A stretch of DNA of 10,722 nt from a virus. Its lineage: Duplodnaviria > Heunggongvirae > Uroviricota > Caudoviricetes. The position numbers were made by a program, and so were the translations under genes. The stretch covers positions 1 to 10,722 of IMG/VR virus record IMGVR_UViG_2531839662_000041; one strand, written 5' to 3'. This document shows positions 7,951 to 10,722 of the stretch, in pieces. Position 1 is the first letter of the stretch. Each line of letters begins with the position of its first letter. Under the pieces are notes generated by a model. The model was not told the origin of the DNA. It saw nothing but the letters and a program-made list of their open reading frames with translations, and made no database searches.

Positions 7951-7980
7951 GGCGCGATGCGTCAGGGGATTGCTCGCGCC
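7951..7980. repeat. Inverted repeat GGCGCGA ... TCGCGCC (7-bp arms, 16-nt spacer) in the gam-downstream intergenic region
   Basis: Read directly from the sequence. No T-tract follows, so it is not a canonical intrinsic terminator. It could be an RNA stem-loop or a protein-binding site. Confidence 0.5.
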
Positions 7981-8006
7981 TGAAACAGATTACTGAGGAA
8001 TAAAAA

Positions 8007-8546
8007 ATGGTTGATGCAAAAGTTCTGAACGGTGTCAGTACATTATTACGGGCTTACGGACGTCTGACCTGTGGCGTTCTGGCGGAAAAAATGAATATGC
8101 CACCTTCTTCAATGGTGTATTTCCTGCGTGATGCGGTTGATGCCGGAGTTCTCACTGAATGCAACGGATTTTATGACGTTCCGCGCCCTCGTCCGACGCC
8201 GCCAGTAAGACGAAACGCAACGGAGCACCCCGCTGTTGATGATGCTCAATGGTGCGCTTTCCGCCGCTCTTTGCCCTGGCTGGAAGGCAATGCCATTCCG
8301 GCACTGGCAAAAGAATTTGCGACAGGCGTACTGACCTGCGAGTCGGTTTACATCGTTGCTGAAGTGGATGACGAGATGTGCAAACAGGGGATGCCCCGTT
8401 TTGTGATGGCGTATATCGATATCCGACTGGGACGTTTTATTTGTGGCTCCAGTGGCTGGAATATCACCGACCACGTCCTGCGCTATCTCATTCTTGATTA
8501 TTCACCGGTTCCGGCGGCAACACAGGATGTCAGCGAGCATGGTTAA
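8007..8546 (+). CDS. Hypothetical early-region protein (179 aa) with an N-terminal winged-helix-like segment and a Pro/Arg-rich linker
   Basis: ATG with GAGGAA Shine-Dalgarno 6 nt upstream. The N-terminal LRAYGRLTCGVLAEKMNMPPSSMVYFLRDAVDAGVLTE resembles a MarR/Lrp-type winged helix, followed by a PRPRPTPPVRR linker. Function unknown. Confidence 0.6.
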   Translation: MVDAKVLNGVSTLLRAYGRLTCGVLAEKMNMPPSSMVYFLRDAVDAGVLTECNGFYDVPRPRPTPPVRRNATEHPAVDDAQWCAFRRSLPWLEGNAIPALAKEFATGVLTCESVYIVAEVDDEMCKQGMPRFVMAYIDIRLGRFICGSSGWNITDHVLRYLILDYSPVPAATQDVSEHG

Positions 8547-8721
8547 GTCAATTGGCTTTGTCCTGCTGGTTGGTACTTGCGGGAATGATGCCTGTGATGC
8601 CATTCCGGTAACAGAAAAAATCTGGCCCACAGAACAGGCATGTATGCAGGTGATGGAGCGCATACAAAAACGTTATCCCAGTGAAATCTTTTATTGCGAA
8701 GAGGTATTAAGAAATGAATAA
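8527..8721 (+). CDS. Small hypothetical protein (about 60-64 aa) with a hydrophobic N-terminus; start uncertain (ATG at 8527 or 8539)
   Basis: The ORF-track entry 8443..8721 extends upstream in a frame that overlaps the previous gene. The plausible product is MSASMVKSIGFVLLVGTCGND... Its stop codon overlaps the start of the next ORF (ATG 8714 / TAA 8719-8721), suggesting coupling within the operon. Confidence 0.35.
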   Translation: MSASMVKSIGFVLLVGTCGNDACDAIPVTEKIWPTEQACMQVMERIQKRYPSEIFYCEEVLRNE

Positions 8722-9103
8722 CGCAGAGAAAAATGAAATTAAATCCGCATCCGCCAGCACCAGAAAGCATCTTCATGATTTTTATGTTGCCTATAACCAG
8801 TGGTTAAAAAATGGTGTACCAGAAACAGAGGGTGAAATATTTGTTCAATATTCAGGATTATGTACAAATGCTTGTCGTTATTTTGACGAAATCGGAGTGG
8901 ATACCGAAGATATATTAGAACAATTACGTGCAGATTTTATCGCGAACGAGTTGGATGAATTATTACCTTTCAATGAAAGTGGAACGCACTATCATGAGGA
9001 ATGCAGACTTGGCAGATGTCACCTGAATTCTGCTCGTGTGGCATGGGTCGAAAAACACTGCATTAAGGAGATGGGACATAATGAGCCGCACATCCCTGAT
9101 TAA
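8714..9103 (+). CDS. Hypothetical acidic Cys/His-rich protein (129 aa), encoded in a visibly AT-rich segment
   Basis: ATG at 8714 overlaps the preceding small ORF's stop. The translation is rich in D/E and carries C-x3-C (CTNAC) plus HYHEEC-x4-CH ... HC, possibly a zinc-binding fold. By hand count of three 60-bp blocks (8714-8893) G+C is about 40%, 37% and 28%, against roughly 50% in neighbouring genes. These are eye estimates. Confidence 0.6.
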   Translation: MNNAEKNEIKSASASTRKHLHDFYVAYNQWLKNGVPETEGEIFVQYSGLCTNACRYFDEIGVDTEDILEQLRADFIANELDELLPFNESGTHYHEECRLGRCHLNSARVAWVEKHCIKEMGHNEPHIPD

Positions 9104-9632
9104 ATTAATTCATGTCGCCCGTCGGGAATTGCAACTTGACGATGACACTTACCGCGCCTTTCTGGTGCAGTGCACGGGCAAAACCAGTTGCCGCGAGCTG
9201 TCCGTTGCACAACTGGAACGGGTGCTCGATGCCATGAAAGAGCGCGGTTTTAAGAAGCAGAAAAAACATCCCCGCCGTCGCTTTAAGGGGCATGTCACAC
9301 CACGCGAGAAGATTTACAAAATCTGGCAGCAGATGTTTCTTGATGGTTTCGTCTCCGATATCAGCGACGCCGCGCTGGACAAATACGTTGAACGCCTGAC
9401 GGCCAGACGTAATGGCGGTCAGGGTGTTTCCACGCTGGCCTGGTGTCACGGGGAATCGTTGCAGGTTGTGCTCGAAACGCTCAAACAGTGGCACATGCGC
9501 TGCATCCGTGAAGCCTTTGCCCGACATGGTGTGCCTTTACCTGTAAGCCCATCCGGGCGGGAACTGCGCGGCTATGATGCACTGACCAGTGCATATGCCC
9601 GCGCACGAAACAGCGGGAGAATTGCTGTATGA
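9081..9632 (+). CDS. gemA: GemA-like protein (Mu gp16 family, DUF1018), 183 aa
   Basis: The ORF-track entry begins at a GTG (9036). The likely start is the ATG at 9081 (MSRTSLIKLIHVARRELQLDDDTYRAFL...), with AGGAG 10 nt upstream. Position immediately upstream of mor, with an ATGA stop/start overlap into mor, matches Mu gemA-mor. Sequence identity is recalled with moderate certainty only. Confidence 0.7.
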   Translation: MSRTSLIKLIHVARRELQLDDDTYRAFLVQCTGKTSCRELSVAQLERVLDAMKERGFKKQKKHPRRRFKGHVTPREKIYKIWQQMFLDGFVSDISDAALDKYVERLTARRNGGQGVSTLAWCHGESLQVVLETLKQWHMRCIREAFARHGVPLPVSPSGRELRGYDALTSAYARARNSGRIAV

Positions 9633-10078
9633 AACAGATGAAAGAGCAGGATTTGTTCGAAGACCTTCGGGACGACAGCGTTCTGGAATATCTTCATGAT
9701 TACCAGGAAAACACCGCTTATCCGGCGTTACTTTCTGAACTGAACGCACTGCTGCGTAAAGAGCTGGCCCGGATTGGCGCAGACCCTGCCCATTCCCTTG
9801 AGCTGGTTGTGGCGATTTGTCGCCATATCGGCGGGATGCAGGTTTATGTTCCGAGGGGGAATATTCTGGAGAATCTTGTCCGGGATATGCGTATCTGGCG
9901 TGATTTTAACGGCCATAATATTCCTGAACTGGTTCAGCGTTACGGGGTGACGTATAAAACCGTCTACAAGGCCATCAAACGGATGCGACGTCTGGAGCGC
10001 AATAAATACCAGCCGGATTTGTTTTACCTCTCCCCGAACCTGCCTCACCCCGTTCGTCGTCCGCCACGACGCCCTTAA
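9629..10078 (+). CDS. mor: Mor-family middle-operon transcriptional activator (149 aa)
   Basis: DLFEDLRDDSVLEYL ... PALLSELNALLRKELARIGADPAHSLELVVAICRHIGGMQVYVPRG ... RDFNGHNIPELVQRYGVTYKTVYKAIKRMRRL parallels Mu Mor as I recall it (DLFGDLQDDTILAHL ... PALLAELNDLLRGELSRLGVDPAHSLEIVVAICKHLGGGQVYIPRG ... VYKAIRRMRRL). It has a C-terminal HTH. ATG overlaps the gemA stop. Confidence 0.9.
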   Translation: MKQMKEQDLFEDLRDDSVLEYLHDYQENTAYPALLSELNALLRKELARIGADPAHSLELVVAICRHIGGMQVYVPRGNILENLVRDMRIWRDFNGHNIPELVQRYGVTYKTVYKAIKRMRRLERNKYQPDLFYLSPNLPHPVRRPPRRP

Positions 10079-10084
10079 TCAATG

Positions 10085-10108
10085 AAGCCGGTAAATCCGG
10101 CTTTTTTT
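10085..10108 (+). terminator. Putative rho-independent terminator downstream of mor
   Basis: Stem AAGCCGG (10085-10091) pairs with CCGGCTT (10097-10103) around a TAAAT loop, followed by a 7-T run (10102-10108), 7 bp after the mor stop codon. In Mu the early transcript terminates after mor. Confidence 0.7.
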
Positions 10109-10164
10109 ATGCCTCCGGCACCATGAAGCAGACCACGTTTAACTCTGCTTCACAGGTGCTTTTT

Positions 10165-10722
10165 ATGGAAAATCTAAAATTATATCTGGCCTTTGAGCGT
10201 GCGCTGAATTTTATTCTGCGTCCTGATATCGAAGGCGTCTATGTCAATGACCCCACTGACCGTGGCGGAGAAACCAGGTACGGCATCTCTGACCGCCGCG
10301 ACGGTGTGATTGACGGCAAAACTGACGTCAACGGTGATGGTAAACCCGACACCCGCATTAAGGATTTTACCCGCGAACAGGTTGCGCAGATTTACTGGCG
10401 CGATTACTGGCTGCCTGCCGGGTGTGACCAGTGGCCTGACAGAGTGGCGCTTTTTGTGTTCGATGCGGCGGTTCAGCATGGTGTTAAAAAAGCCATCAAA
10501 CTTTTGCAGGAAGCCACTGATATCAATGCCGATGGCATCATCGGCCCGCGCACCCGCAGGGCCGTGAACCTGGCTGACCAGAACTGGTTGCTGACCCGCT
10601 GTATTGTCCGTCGTTCCCGCTTTTATGCCGAAATCATCAAATCAAAACCCGCCCAGGGCAAATACCTGAACGGCTGGTTTAACCGCATGGAAAAACTGAC
10701 CGACGCCTGTCTGGAAATCATC
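10165..10722 (+). CDS. GH108-family lysozyme-like protein with peptidoglycan-binding domain (5' partial; 186 codons, runs off the window)
   Basis: Not in the supplied ORF track because no stop codon occurs before the window end. The ATG at 10165 has AGGTG upstream. The translation MENLKLYLAFERALNFILRPDIEGVYVNDPTDRGGETRYGIS ... DFTREQVAQIYWRDYWLPAGCDQWPDRVALFVFDAAVQHGVKKAIKLLQEATDINADGIIGPRTRRAV carries the GH108 signature (EGGY-like VNDP-DRGG-T-YGI, FD-AVN-G) and the PG_binding_3 motif (DGIIGP-T). I translated all 186 codons by hand and found no stop. Confidence 0.8.
   Translation, partial: MENLKLYLAFERALNFILRPDIEGVYVNDPTDRGGETRYGISDRRDGVIDGKTDVNGDGKPDTRIKDFTREQVAQIYWRDYWLPAGCDQWPDRVALFVFDAAVQHGVKKAIKLLQEATDINADGIIGPRTRRAVNLADQNWLLTRCIVRRSRFYAEIIKSKPAQGKYLNGWFNRMEKLTDACLEII

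Larger units (their letters stand above)
1827..10722. mobile_element. Left ~8.9 kb of a Mu/D108-like transposable prophage (early region; continues beyond window end)
   Basis: Canonical Mu left terminus TGTATTGATTCACTTGAAGTACGAAAAAAACCGGGAGGACATTGG starts at 1827. Gene order c(-), ner, A, B, kil-position ORF, gam, gemA, mor matches the phage Mu early region. A, B, Gam, Ner and Mor translations closely resemble the Mu proteins as I remember them. The 1826 bp of host DNA on the left is far more than the ~50-150 bp packaged on a Mu virion left end, so this is an integrated prophage. Confidence 0.92.

Noticed and set aside
8527-8600. Lipoprotein signal peptide in the small ORF (VLLVGTCG)
   Set aside because: The residue immediately before the Cys is Thr, which does not fit the lipobox consensus of Ala, Gly or Ser at position -1. 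I therefore describe it only as a hydrophobic N-terminus.
8109-8776. Minus-strand ORFs 8109..8474 and 8543..8776, and the upstream extension of plus-strand ORF 8443..8721
   Set aside because: These are antisense to, or out of frame within, the coupled plus-strand operon. The extension to 8443 overlaps the 179-aa ORF in another frame, so only the 3' part from ATG 8527 or 8539 is kept as a candidate small gene.
9036-9080. GTG start at 9036 for gemA (198-aa version)
   Set aside because: The ATG at 9081 (MSRTSLIKL...) has a proper AGGAG upstream, and the region 9036-9080 is the C-terminal coding end of the preceding ORF.
9105-10567. ORFs 9105..9527 (-), 9537..9749 (-), 9728..10048 (-), 10180..10479 (-) and 10310..10567 (+)
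   Set aside because: They are antisense to or out of frame with gemA, mor and the GH108 lysozyme-like gene, each of which has strong family-level signatures.
1-10722. CRISPR arrays, tRNA or rRNA genes, and a tRNA-type attachment site
   Set aside because: No regularly spaced direct repeats, no cloverleaf-like tRNA candidates and no rRNA-like sequence were seen. Mu-type prophages integrate by transposition, not site-specific recombination, so a tRNA att site is not expected.

Overview
This window is a host-prophage junction. Bases 1-1701 (minus strand) encode a complete periplasmic trehalase (TreA, E. coli/Shigella type). About 125 bp upstream of its start codon, at base 1827, the sequence switches into the left end of a Mu/D108-like transposable prophage that runs to the end of the window. 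The prophage begins with the Mu-type terminus 5'-TGTATTGATTCACTTGAAGTACGAAAA and MuA end-binding sites, followed by a leftward repressor gene (c), an operator/promoter region rich in repeats, and then rightward ner, transposase A (DDE triad visible), the ATPase B (Walker A/B visible), a kil-position ORF, small early ORFs, gam, more small ORFs, gemA, mor, a hairpin terminator, and the start of a GH108-type lysozyme-like gene that is missing from the ORF track because it runs off the window. No rRNA, tRNA or CRISPR array was seen. The points most worth a second look are: an A7 homopolymer that splits a helix-turn-helix early gene across two frames; an AT-rich, acidic, Cys/His-rich ORF between gam and gemA; the strong N-terminal paralogy between repressor and transposase; an 11-bp perfect palindrome just upstream of ner; and the insertion position inside the treA upstream region, co-oriented with the prophage repressor gene. 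I found no recognisable defence system; the uncharacterised early-region ORFs are the only candidates for something new. All homology statements are from reading the translations against remembered Mu protein sequences; no database search was run.
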